Assembly (NCBI RefSeq): GCF_004010195.1
Contig: NC_057718.1
Coordinates: forward strand, 38,435,834 to 38,482,457
Source: Chiloscyllium plagiosum
Lineage: Eukaryota
Reading direction: 5' to 3'
Length of the DNA: 46,624 nt
Of this stretch, positions 1-11,189 are shown in pieces (the stretch's first letter is position 1; every line of letters starts with the position of its first letter). A program made the translations under genes and the position numbers. The notes under the pieces were generated by a model. The model was not told the DNA's origin, did no database searches, and was given only the letters and a program-made list of their open reading frames with translations.

Positions 1-699
1 TATACAAAACATTTTTTGTAATCTTTTCTCGATCCAAATAAATATCCATATGTTAGTATTCCTTAATCACTTTTCTCAGCTATTCAGAAACTGATTAGGG
101 CAAAAGAAGAGGTGGACAGGAGAAAATCAATCCACGTTTTTTAAATGTTTCTTTTTCTAGTGTTGGAGCAGATTTACTTGGTTTCTTGGAACAGTTTTTA
201 TAAGTTTTGCATTGTTTTTGGAACTTTAAAACAAAAATCAGAGAAACAATACTTTGAAGAGGAGAACGGAAGGGAGAGGGCAAGAGTCAGAGTCTTAGGA
301 GAGTGACCATGTGGCAAGGTCAGAGACTCTGCTCTAGACATCAACAAGCAAACATTAAGCTGTGCATTTTTACAGCTCGCTAACCATGAAATTGCACAAG
401 TTTCCTGGAGATTAGTCAAAAAAAAAACAAAGTGCAGTTTCACAGCTGACCTTAGGAGACCTAATATCAGAATTGCATACTGCAGCTGGAAGAGATCAGC
501 GGTGATTTTAGATTTTGATCAGAGTTTGATTTTGAGACTTATAATCTTAATTTTTTTTGGAAAATCTATAATAGTGAGTAGGGTGAGTTTTTTTTTGTCT
601 TACTTGATTGAATTTTAATATAAAAGATGTTATCCTAGAGCAGTAAGACTGTGCTAACGCTAAGTTTTAGAGCAGTGTGTATTTTTGTTCTTAAGTATT

Positions 700-2166
700 T
701 TTTGGGTCTGTAGATTGTTAAAGGGGCAGAGGATGCTTTTAGTACAGTGATATGCTCTTTCAGTTGGATATGGGAGATCCGAGAGCATTTCAGTGTTCCT
801 CGCGGCTATGTCTGCAGGAAGTGTGTTTGGTTGCAAATCCAATTGGAGCACAAGTTGAGGCAGTGAGGAGTTCGCAAAAGCAGGGGGTGAAATGGATGAC
901 CGTTTTAGGAGAATGAAAAAACTGGCAGTTTTAGTCACACAGATGGGTTACCGCTAGGAAAGGAAGGAGAGGTAGACAGGTAGTGCAGGAGCCTGTTGTG
1001 GTTATCCCCCATCTCAAACAAGTATACTGTTTTGCATACTGTGGGGCGATTGCTTCTTGGGAATATAGCACTGGCAACCAGGTTTCTGGCACCATGATTG
1101 GCTGTACTGTAATGAAGAGTATATCAGGTTCCAAGTGATTTGATTGTGATAGGAGTCCTTCTAATCAGCAGCTGTCAGAAAAACATCAGAATGGCATGTT
1201 GCATCCCTCATTCCAGCGTCAAGGATGTCTCTGAGCAGGTACAGAATACACTGAAAGGGGAGAGTAAGCAGCAGAAAGTCATTGTTCAAGGATTGTGTAA
1301 AGATTTGTAGCTCGGGTGCCATTGTCGTGGTTGTTGGTGTGATTGTGTTGGCTGAGCTGGGAAGTTGATTTGCAGACGTTTTGTCCCCTGTCTAGGTGAC
1401 ATCTTCAGTGCTTTGGAGCTTCTGGAATTTATTTGGTTCTGTTTCTGCTGCTTTCTGTTGCCAGTTCTGGTTGTTGGTTGTAGTGGCTGGTTTATTGGGT
1501 CTAGGTTTATGTGCTTGTTGATGGAGTCCACGGTTGAGTGACATGTTTCTAGAAATTCTCTGGCTGTCCAATGTTTAGCTTGTCCTATGATTTTTGTGAT
1601 CCAATCGAATTTGTGGTCCTTGTCATCTATGTGTACGGCAAAGACTGCAGAAAACACTCTCTATAAGGCAAACAAGCTCACAACCAGCAATCCACATCCA
1701 CGAACACCAATTAGCCACTAAATGTCACAATCAGCTGTCCCTCGTGGCCGTACACACAGATGACGACTACAAATTTGACTGGTACAACATAATGATCATA
1801 GAACAAGCTAAACAGGGCAATCAAAGAATTTCTAGAAGCATGACACTCAGTCAAGGACTCCATCAACAAGCACATTGACCTAGATCCAATAGATGGTCAC
1901 TACAATGAACAACGAGAAGCAGCAGAAACAGAACCAGATAAATTCCAGAAGAGAGGGTACAGCAGCGCTTCACAGGAGGCTTCAAAGCACTGAAGATGTC
2001 ACCTAGGTGGGACAAAATGCCTGCAAATCAACTTGCCAGCTCGGCGAACAGACCCAGAAAGTCATTGTATATGTTGCTACCAACAACATAGGTAGATAAA
2101 GGGATAAGGTTCTGCAGAAAATATATAGGAAATTAGGCAGAAGGTGAAAACTTAGCACCTTGAGGG
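700..2166 (+). mobile_element. CR1 LINE, degraded ORF1 5' part (Cys-rich N-terminus and start of esterase domain), interrupted by a Penelope insertion
   Basis: 940-1285 and 2055-2166 are colinear with CR1 ORF1 at 11340-11815 (cagatgggttacc..aggaaagg, aagtatactgtttt, gtcattgt..accaacaacatagg). Confidence 0.75.
1286..2054. mobile_element. Penelope-like element with two inverted arms (GIY-YIG C-terminal region plus pLTR), 14-bp TSD
   Basis: cagaaagtcattgt duplicated at 1272-1285 and 2055-2068; ~1345-1640 is the reverse complement of ~1745-2050; translation HKFDW..IIGQAK...AREFLE..HS...INKHI.LDPI. Confidence 0.85.
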
Positions 2167-3886
2167 CCTTGTTGATCTTTTAGGGGCCCTATTATCTCCT
2201 TTGTTACACTTGTCCTTAATGTATTTGTAGAATCACTGATTCTCCTCAATCTTATTTGCCAAAGCTATCTCATGACCCCTTCTTTCACCTCTTGCTTTCC
2301 CTCAAGTATATTTCTACTGCTGTTATGCTCCTCTAGGGATTCACTTGATCCCAGCTGTCTATTCCGTACATGTGCCTCATTTTACTTGACCAGAGCCTCG
2401 GGTTTTCAAGTCATCCAGCATTCCCTACACCTATCAGGCCTGCCCTTCACACGAACAGGAACATACTGTCTCTGAATTCTAGTTATCTCATTTTTAAAGG
2501 CCTCCCACTTTCCAATTGTCCATTTACCTGCGATAAGCCTCTTCCAATCAATGTTTGAAAGTCCTTGCCTAATAACTGTCAAAATTGGCCTTACTCCAAT
2601 TTAGAACTTCAACTTTTAGGTCCTATCTATCCTTTTCCTGAACTATTTTAAAACTAATAGAATTATAATCACTGGTCCCAAAGTGCTCTCCCACTCAGTC
2701 ACTTGCCCTGCCTTATTTCGCAAGTGAAAGTCAAGTTTTGCTCCATCTCTAGTTGATACATCTACATACGTAATAAGAAATTTTTCTTGTACATACTTAA
2801 CAAATTCCTCTCCATCCGAGCCCTTAACATTATGGCAGTCCCAGTCTATGTTTGGAAAGTTAAATTTATATTAGATTCCCTACAGATTAGATTCCCTACA
2901 GTGTGGAGATAGGCCCTTTGGCCCAACCAGTCCACACTGACCCTCCGAAGAGTAACTCACCCAGACCCATTTCCCTCTGACTAATGCACCTAACACTATG
3001 GGCAATTTAGCATGGCCAATTCACCTGATCTGCACATTTTTGGACTGTGGGAGGAAACCAGAGCACCCTGAGGAAACCCATGCAGACACAGTGAGAATGT
3101 GCAAACAGACAGACAGACAGTCACCCAAGGCTGGAATCGAACCTGGGATCCTGGTGCTATGAGGCTGCATACTAACCACTGAGCCACCATGCCGCCCACA
3201 TCTTTCCCAAGAAATTCTCTTGGGAAATTCCTCTACCATTACAACCCTATCTGAGATCTCATTAAAATTTTGCTTTTCAATTTCCTGGGGTCCTATAGAA
3301 CAATCACAGTAAGGTGGTCATCCCTTTCTTATTTCTTAGTATAACTTAGTATAACTGATATAACTTCATTGGATGTTCTCCCAAGAACTTCCTACCCAAG
3401 TACAGCCATAATGTTATCCCTAACCAAAAATACCACTTCCCCCTTCTCTCTTGCCCCCAACTCCCCCAATTCCTATCCTTTCGATAGCATGTATACCCCA
3501 AAACTTAAACTGCCAGTCCTGCCCTTCCCTGAGCCACATTTCTGTAATAGCTATGATATTCCAATGCCATGTTTCCAACCATGCCCTAAATTTGTCTACG
3601 TTACTTATTAGGCCTCTTGCATCTAAATAAATGCAGTTTAATTAATCAGTCTTAACTTGTTCTCTGACTTGATCTTGCCTGTGCTTATTATTTGACTCGC
3701 TTTTATTCCCAACTGTACCAGCCTCAAAGTTGTCCCCATTGTCACTATATCTTTGGGTGGCGGAAACCCCACTGTGGCACCAGTTTAAAGCCTCCCAAGT
3801 GGCACTCGTAAATTTCCCAACTAGGATATCGGTACCCTTTCAAATCAGGTGGAACCTGCCTTTCTGATACAGGCCACTTCTACCCT
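2167..3886 (-). mobile_element. CR1 LINE middle segment (ORF1 end, ORF2 endonuclease and linker), inverted relative to its flanks
   Basis: Reverse complement is colinear with CR1 ~11950-13300; split by a SINE at 2871-3197; a + strand CR1 3' tip follows at ~3891-3945. Confidence 0.8.
2871..3197 (-). mobile_element. tRNA-derived SINE, HE1/V-SINE-like
   Basis: Minus strand starts gggcggcatggtggctcagtggttag (A box) and has ggttcgattcc (B box); CR1-like tail ending ctgtagggaatctaa. Confidence 0.9.
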
Positions 3887-4280
3887 CGATCTGGTCAGTG
3901 CTGATGAGTTGGACTGAAGGGTCTGTTTCCATGCTGCATGACTGTAGTTCACTAAATCCTATTACTGCTTGTATTGTCTTGCATATAGAGATTTTGGGCA
4001 GAGTTTAATAACTCCTGAGGTGAACCAGTTTGCTAATTGGAGAGCCAGTGGGTACCTCAGTGGCTGTTTCAGGCTCCTCCAACCTGGTTCAATGTCAGTT
4101 GGATACTTTAACTGTTGACACTTGAGTCTTTGACATCTTCAGGCAAATGTCACACCTGCGAGAATGAAAGCCAATCTGAATTCAACGGTTGGTGTTATTG
4201 GTACTAGACAATGAGAGAGATGACCACCTCCCAGTGGGAAGGCCCTTTATACCCCTCTCCCAGGCTGGAGAGATCTTGCG

Positions 4281-4543
4281 AAAGAGAAAATGCTGGAAAA
4301 TCTCAGCAGGTCTGTCAGCATCTGTAAGGAGAGAAAAGAATTGACGTTTTGAGTCTAACTGACCCTTTGTCAAAGCTAAATACCTCTCTATTTCTCCCTT
4401 TTTTTTTTGCTTTGACAAAGGGTCAGTTAGACTTGAAACGTCAGCTCTTTTCTCTCCTTACAGATGCAGCCAGACCTGCTGAGATTTTCCAGCATTTTCT
4501 CTTTTGGTTTCAGATTCCAGCATTCGCAGTAATTTGCTTTTAT
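4281..4543. mobile_element. Short palindromic non-autonomous element (Penelope-type) with hammerhead motifs in both arms
   Basis: Arms ~4281-4376 and ~4409-4504 are near-perfect reverse complements around a 32-nt pyrimidine-rich spacer; extension ttccagcattcgcag shared with the element at 37538. Confidence 0.75.
4409..4445 (+). ncRNA. Minimal type I hammerhead ribozyme-like motif, U3-A8 core variant
   Basis: GCU UUGACAA A GGGUC AGUUA GACUU GAAAC GUC AGC: helix I GCU/AGC, helix II GGGUC/GACUU, GAAA, loopless ACGU helix III, GUC cleavage triplet. Confidence 0.55.
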
Positions 4544-5730
4544 GAAGAGATATAGCTCTGTGTTATCTGTTAGACTTTTACAGATGTACTCTATGTGCAT
4601 TGTTTAAAAAGATTTTCTTTTCCTCTATGACCACTAAAGCTAATACATGATGTTATTTCATTGCCATACTTATCCTGCTGAGTTTTATTCTGTGTGAACA
4701 CAATACTTGGTTAAACAAATAGTCTGAGTCGCTCTGCAAAAAATGAGTAACAATTTATTGTTTGAAACAGACTGTTTTACTTAGTAGCACGTGAAAATTC
4801 TTAAATGTTTTATGCTTTGACAATCATTCATCTGAAAACGTAGACTGAATTGCTACTACTTAAATAAAGCTTGGTTGAGAACCTATTCATTGCAGTTTAA
4901 AACATTAATGAAGTCCATAAAAAATTAGTATCAACAGTACAGTGAATATAAATGTAAAGAAACTGTTTGCAAGTTTCAAGCAATGTTGTTGATCCAAAGT
5001 TGAAATTGACTATTGAGCATTACAGTTGGCACCCAGTAGTTTTAATTGTGCAGAAAGTATTCAGTGTTCCACCTCTTTTCACATTGAGAAGCTATGGAAC
5101 TTTGACATTTTTAAGAACAAAGTGTACTGAAATGTTTGCATGCTTTAAAAGTGATAAATTTCTGATTGAAATAGGAGAATGAGATGTGTTGAGTGAGAAG
5201 CCAATGTACATTATATTTTAAAATGTTGGAAAACAAAAATACTTGGTGTGGATGTGAACACTCCTGACGTTTCTGCTTTGTATAATTATTTGTGCCATTG
5301 ATATGGTTCTGAGTAAAACTGATGCAATTAACTTAAAGAATTATATACTTATGGATGAATGCTTACTGCTTTTGTCTGGAAATTTGACAAATTATTAACC
5401 TATTCACATTAAATAGGTCAAGACCACTACAATAAGCAAGGAATTTCAGTTACAGGTATTAAATGTTTAAGAACATTAACCAATGTAACTGTAAAGTCTT
5501 GGTGGTTTCCTGAATTGACAGTAGGTTTGATGGGAGCCTGACCATAAAGAAGCACAGACTTTCACAATGCTCTCATATCTGGGTGCCACTCTCTTAATGG
5601 GAAAGTGAAGACTGTTAATTAAATTTTTTTATCTGTTAATTGCTGCTGGCAAATAATGTTCTTATTCACTTATCCTGTGAATTAAATCAAAAGTCATAAT
5701 TTTTAAAAAGAAAATGTTTTTTTCTCCCAG

Positions 5731-5944
5731 GTACTTATTGTAGTGCCATTTAGAGAGTCGGCTTTAAGAGTGGTGCAAATCTTGATTAGTCTTCTTGATG
5801 TGAAAGACAAGCTGGAAGTGAGCAACAAGAAAAGATTTAAGGATGAATATGGCTCTAGTCCAGAAGATAAACCGCCAAATCTAAAACGACCTGAAGATTA
5901 TGAAGCTATTTTTGCTGGCAATATTGATGATCACTTTCGAATAG
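5731..5944 (+). CDS. UTP25: UTP25/DIEXF internal coding exon ([16 protein letters not shown]...NIDDHFRIG)
   Basis: Polypyrimidine tract + cag acceptor ending 5730, donor gtaatt at 5945; 214 nt, phase 0 to 1; translation matches vertebrate UTP25 as I recall it ([25 protein letters not shown]). Confidence 0.95.
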
Positions 5945-5964
5945 GTAATTAGAGTTCATTGTTT

Positions 5965-6205
5965 GGCTATGTTTCTTGGAACAGATTGCTGGAGGTTTTA
6001 GCCTGAAGGTGCCACTCCACATGAAGCATGGCTAACCAAGACACTTCCCTACTCTTATGGTATGGATGTATTGGAAGGATTTACAGGCCAATAATCAATC
6101 TGTTTGGCATACTATGAAAGCACCTTTTGTGCCCATCAAGTCCTGGAGTGGGTTTGAACCTAAAAACTGGGTCAGAGGAATGCTGGGCCATGCAACACCT
6201 CCACC
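5965..6205 (-). mobile_element. Degraded tRNA-type SINE
   Basis: Minus strand has a B-box-like ggttcaaacccactccagg; head resembles 24545-24600. Confidence 0.4.
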
Positions 6206-6630
6206 TACCTCAACTCTAAAACTGAATTTATTGACCTTGACATTGAACATCGCTAGTGATATTCTGAACTTTCAGTTTATTTTGCTCCAGATTTTATAGT
6301 AATAGGCCAGCTTTTTGTTCTTTTTGATCATTGCAAGCCAAATTATTCCTCCCTTTATCCTTTTAATCTAATTTTTTAAATGATGGCCCTTTACCCATCA
6401 TTCTTTATTGATGAATTGAATTATATGCTTTCATCGCGATTTGGCTGAGAGAACTGAGATCATTTATAACATTCTAACTGCAATTGTCCAACTTTGCAAT
6501 TGATGTGGCTCCTCCTGGGATTTCAGGGTAGGCACAATAAACACGTTTGCTATGTTTTGTTGTTGAGGCAGAAGTAGTGACAATATGCTTATTATTCATA
6601 AATTTGTGTGTACATGTTTCTCTTAATCAG

Positions 6631-6833
6631 GTGTGGCCATTCTTCGTAGGAGTATGCGATTGTATGCACCGTTTTATTCTAGTGATATCATCATTGCTTC
6701 TCCCCTGGGCTTGCGGACAATAATCAAAGCTGAGGGTGACAAGACCAGGGATTTTGATTTCCTCTCTTCCATTGAAATACTAATTATTGACCAAGCTGAT
6801 ATCTATCTTATGCAAAATTGGGAGCATATCGTG
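6631..6833 (+). CDS. UTP25: UTP25 coding exon ([29 protein letters not shown]...[16 protein letters not shown])
   Basis: taatcag acceptor, gtaaga donor at 6834; 203 nt, phase 1 to 0, compatible with previous exon; conserved [15 protein letters not shown] and MQNWEH motifs. Confidence 0.96.
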
Positions 6834-6961
6834 GTAAGAAATGTGACTCATTGGCTTTTTTTTGGTGGATTATCTGGGGGAAGAAAATGTTTTTTATTTA
6901 GAATATGGATATTTATTTTAAGTTAGTTTAACAAACTGATTGTCAAAATGGTGAAGGTATA

Positions 6962-7776
6962 CAGGGGAACCTTGATTATCGGAACGAGATGAATGGGCAC
7001 TATTTCGTTTAGATAATTGATTATTTGGTTGATCGATTCAGAGCCTTTTCCTCTGGGCTCGGAGTTTTCGATGCTCCCCGTTCAGGAGATTAGCAGCAGC
7101 ACAGCACCCGAGCCCTCGCCTGCCCCACCCCCCCGAAAAAAAAACCCTGTCCAGCATCGCCCACCGCCTGTCCCCCAACCCCATCCAACATCACCCACCG
7201 CTTGCCCTCCAAACCCCATCCGACACCGCCTAATGCCCATCCCTAAACCCTGTTCAACACTGCCCCCTGCCTGCCTCCCAACACTGCCCACCCCCACATC
7301 CCACATGACCCCCATCCACCCCCCGCCCCCACCCCCTCTCTGGGGCAGCCGGACCAACTCCAGCAAGACTGCTGCTGCTGCTACTGCCTTTTGGGAGGTG
7401 AGTCTCCAAATAGTGCGCGTGTACACACACACACACTTTTTCCTGTAACTTTTTGACAGGTTCCACCTTTGTCCTGTACAGGACAATGTTAGGGAGATTA
7501 TCTGGGGAAGCAGGGGGTTTAGGGTACACGTCTGTGTAGACCTCCAGGCCAAGTGTGAGAAGAGAGATGGGTGGGAGGTCAGTCCTTTAGAGACAGTGTC
7601 TGTGCTCCCATCAGTCCAGGACTGTTCTCAGCAGCACTTTTAATCACTATAAACAAAAGACGTGATCAGTGTTGGACACATATCTTTGATGTAACGTTTC
7701 TGTCGGGACCTCTAGATCTCCTTCGGATAATCCAATTTTCAGATAATTAGTTTTCGGATAATCGAGGTTTATTCAG
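6962..7776. mobile_element. Non-autonomous pogo/Tigger-like (Tc1/mariner superfamily) DNA transposon with C-rich interior
   Basis: Left end ta|caggggaaccttgattatcggaa versus right end ttcggataatcgaggtttattcag (rc ctgaataaacctcgattatccgaa); repeated subterminal ggataat motifs; no transposase. Confidence 0.7.
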
Positions 7777-8134
7777 TTTATTTCTCAGCTTGTTTTAGTA
7801 CTTCTACATTGAAATGGAAATTAAAGTTGAAGGAGCTCTAATTTTATTACTTAATGAAAAATAGTTTAGTTTAAACCAAACAGCCACTGCAGTCTTTTTA
7901 TCAAGCATGTCTGTATGAAGACAGTGAAGAAGATTTTGACATCTTTGCCAAAGCTTCCTAAGATTTTATTTGGCTGCTTCTAAATTCTACAGGCAAATAG
8001 ATTACAAAAATATGCTAAGTGGGGGAATGGACTAATAAGGAGCCAAAAGGGGGATTTATGCAGAGGCAGGAAGTATGGCTGAAGTTTTGAATGGCATTTG
8101 CCCATGCCAAGATAGATGATGTTGCATAGATTCT

Positions 8135-8447
8135 GATTAGATTAGATTACATTACATTACAGTGTGGAACCAGGCCCTTCAGCCCAACAAGTCCACACCG
8201 ACCCGCCGAAGCACAACCCACCCTACATTTGCCCCTTACCTAACACTACGGGCAATTTAGCATGGCTAATTCATCTGACCTGCACATCTTTGGACAGTGG
8301 GAGGAAACCGGAGCACCCGGAGGAAACCCACGCAGACACGGGGAGAACATGCAAACTCCACACAGTCAGTCGCCTGAGGCGGGAACTGAACCCGGGTCTC
8401 AGGCGCTGTGAGGCAGCAGTGCTAACCACTGTGCCACCGCGCTGCTC
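8135..8447 (-). mobile_element. HE1/V-SINE-like tRNA SINE, young copy
   Basis: Minus strand gcggtggcacagtggttagcactgctgcctcacagcgcc...cccgggttcagttccc; CpGs retained; (gatta/catta)n tail. Confidence 0.9.
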
Positions 8448-8619
8448 ACGGTGGAGGAGTCAATTTACATTCTGTTCTGAAGAAGGTTTTGTTCAGTTAT
8501 TTGGTGGAGGGGGATGGAGACAAAGTGAAGCTGTTCACATTTGTGCAAGGATTGAGAACTAAAAGGCACAGATTTAAGAAGTTGGCAAACCAAGCGATAA
8601 CAGCAAGCCCATTATGCGA

Positions 8620-10176
8620 ATTTTTTTAAATTAACCAGTGGAATGTGGGCTTTGCTGGCTGAGTTAGCATTTATTGCTCATCCCAAGATGCCCTTGAGAG
8701 TGTTAGTGAGCTGCCTTCTTAAACTGCTACAGTCCATTTTGTGCAGAAAGACCAAGAATGCAGTTAGAGAGTGAGTTCCAGGATTTTGACCTAGTGACGC
8801 TGAAGGAATGATAATATATTTCCAAGCCATGATGGTGAGTGGCATTGAGGGGAACTTGCAAATGGTGATGTTCCCATGTATTTGGTGCTCATGGAGTCTT
8901 GATGGTGCTGACTATAAATCCTTGGTGAATTTCTGCAGTGCAATCTGTAGTTGGCAAGCACTCAGTACTACTGTGCATCAGTGGTAGAACAAATGAACAT
9001 TTGTAGATGTGGTGTCAGTCCATAAGCTTGTGTTGTTCTGAATGGTGTCAAGCTTTGAGTGTTATTGGATCTGCGATTATCCAGGCAAGTGCACATTATT
9101 CCGTCACACTTTGACTTGTGACTTGTAGATGGTCAACAGACTTTGGGGAGTCATGAGATGAGTTACTCATTACAGCATTCCTAGCCTCTGACATGATTTT
9201 TTGGCCACAGTATTTACCATATATACTTGTGTAAAAAGTCGATTTTACGTAAAGGCTTAACCCCTTATTTTGGCTAAAAAATCTTGTATTTTCTACATAT
9301 CTTGTGTAAAAGTCGACCCTACAATATCACATTATAAACCTCTTACAAAGGAAACTGCATGTTCCCATTAACCCACTTAAGCAAAATCGCATTCATTCAT
9401 TCATACCAGTAATTCTCCACATCGCTCTTTGTTTATTTTATTGCGATTCTATTCATTCATTCATCACTCTACTTAGCCCACTTGGTTACTACAGCACTAT
9501 TCAGACTAGTACTCTGTCAGTTGGTTAATATCGCACTTTGTTCACTATATATCCACGAGTTAATATTGTTAAAAAGTTAATCATTTTAATTGTGCCATCA
9601 TATCTGAATAAAAGTGAGATAGATGAGCTATATATATCTTTAATTCTTTTGACAAATTTGTTAATTTTGCTGAGGTTTATATTATACAAGAGTAAATGGG
9701 AGGGAAATGGAAGAATTTGGCAGCAAAGTTCAAGATGCTTCCGCATTCAGAATTTAATAAATGTTTCATTTTAATTGTGCCATTATACCAGGCCGTGACA
9801 ATGTTAACAATGTGATTTTGCATTATTTCACTGGAACTTCGACATGTTAAATTTTCATACCAGTATGTATAAATATAATTTACTACCACTAATTCATTCT
9901 TGTTTCTCTTGCTTTTATCAGGTAATTACCTTTACAGCAATTCATTGCGTTTTTCTTCTTTACCCAGGATTAGTTGTGCAAACAAGTTGACTTCTGTTAA
10001 TTATATGGTATTTCAAACTGCAACATGAATTTCAGCTCCTCAAAACTAGTACCCGTGTATTAGTCGACCATATAAATTGAACCTTTAAAACTAGTCTAAA
10101 ATATTCAACTATTACACAAGGATAATACGGTACAGTATGAGTCCAGTTCAGTTTCTGGTCAATGATAACCCCAAAA
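8620..10176 (-). mobile_element. 3' part of a second LINE family (CR1/RTEX-like; clade uncertain), interrupted by a DNA transposon
   Basis: T-rich tail then gtgggctttgctggctgagttagcatttattgc; homologous in reverse to 25390-25745 and 27033-27305; resumes at 10133 after the MITE. Confidence 0.65.
9217..10130. mobile_element. Non-autonomous pogo/Tigger-like DNA transposon, TA TSD
   Basis: ta|ccatatatacttgtgtaaaaagtcga ... tcaactattacacaaggataatacgg|ta; subterminal gtgta..agtcgac repeats near 9303 and 10055; AT-rich interior with (catt)n. Confidence 0.8.
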
Positions 10177-10561
10177 TCATTGTGGCTCACTCAGAAGACA
10201 AGCATGAAGGGGAAACTGGCTACCTGCAATGTAACCATGCTCTGATTCAATTTAGAACAGCTTCTATCACTAAGGTTTCTTTGTCTAATGTGAATGGGGG
10301 CGGCATGGTACTGGATCAGTACTGCAGAGGCTAAAAGGTTTGAAAGAAATCTTGGCATATCTCTGTGTCAATCACTTTTAATACACCATGGTCACGCTAT
10401 CTAATTTCTCTTCCTTTACCTTGTTACCTTCCTTTACCCATATCCCAAGAACAGATCCGTATTCAGAAAGCATTGTATAATTTTTCAAATGATTCCTGTA
10501 CACAAGCCTTAATATGGTATAAGTTCAGCCATTTTCAGTGCCATATTCTCACTTGTTGCAG

Positions 10562-10744
10562 CACCTACTGAAACATCTTAATCAGCAACCCCATGAGCCA
10601 CATGGAGTGAATTTTTCCCGAGTGCGGATGTGGAGTCTGAATAATTGGTCCAAGTATTACAGACAGACTTTGATTTTCAGCGCATTTCAGGATCCACAGA
10701 TTAACGCTATTCACAGTAAACACTGTTTCAATTACAGAGGACAG
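10562..10744 (+). CDS. UTP25: UTP25 coding exon ([10 protein letters not shown]...[19 protein letters not shown]...NYRGQ)
   Basis: ttgcag acceptor, gtttgt donor at 10745; 183 nt, phase 0 to 0; conserved [19 protein letters not shown]. Confidence 0.95.
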
Positions 10745-11189
10745 GTTTGTTCACTTTTAATTTTTTTGTTATTGGCTATTGTGGATTTTGGGGAATACTA
10801 TTCAATCTGACTTGTAAAAGCAAAATCCAGGGCTATGGGAAGAAAGACAACAGGAGGTCTTAGCGATCTTACACAGACACGTTATTTAGATTGTCCTCCG
10901 GTATTGTAACCAAATTGTAATTCTAACCAAATGCTTCTTACTCATTCTGTCTTAGGTCTGAGCTGGGCTCTGTTTAGATTGTTTCTTCAGGGTCACTTTT
11001 TTTTACAATCTAAGTGTCAGATTAAACTGTAGAATAAGTGATCGTTTTCCTGTCATTGTTTCCTGGATGATGAGGTAAATTCCTAAACAATGTCCAGGTA
11101 TCCAACATCATACTTAATACATTCCATGTGAAGTCACCAGATAATTTTCAGTGTACATTTTGTTCCATTTTGGGGAAAGGTTTTACTTC

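Noticed and set aside
1987..2024. Functional hammerhead in the right Penelope arm (also 1372-1411, ~23640-23682 and 37695-37722)
   Set aside because: Core nucleotides are mutated (GAAA to AAAA or GAGA, CUGA to CAGA, or GUC lost); kept only as remnants
3206..3228. Short hairpin ttcccaagaaattctcttgggaa next to a SINE 5' end
   Set aside because: A single short stem at an insertion junction; no evidence of function
1..5730. An additional upstream UTP25 exon (expected to end in a RDQG.TRPK-like motif)
   Set aside because: I found no such coding segment with splice sites; it probably lies upstream of the window
7017..7552. Pro-rich and Gly-rich ORFs on both strands
   Set aside because: Low-complexity C-rich interior of a MITE; no domain and no splice-compatible structure
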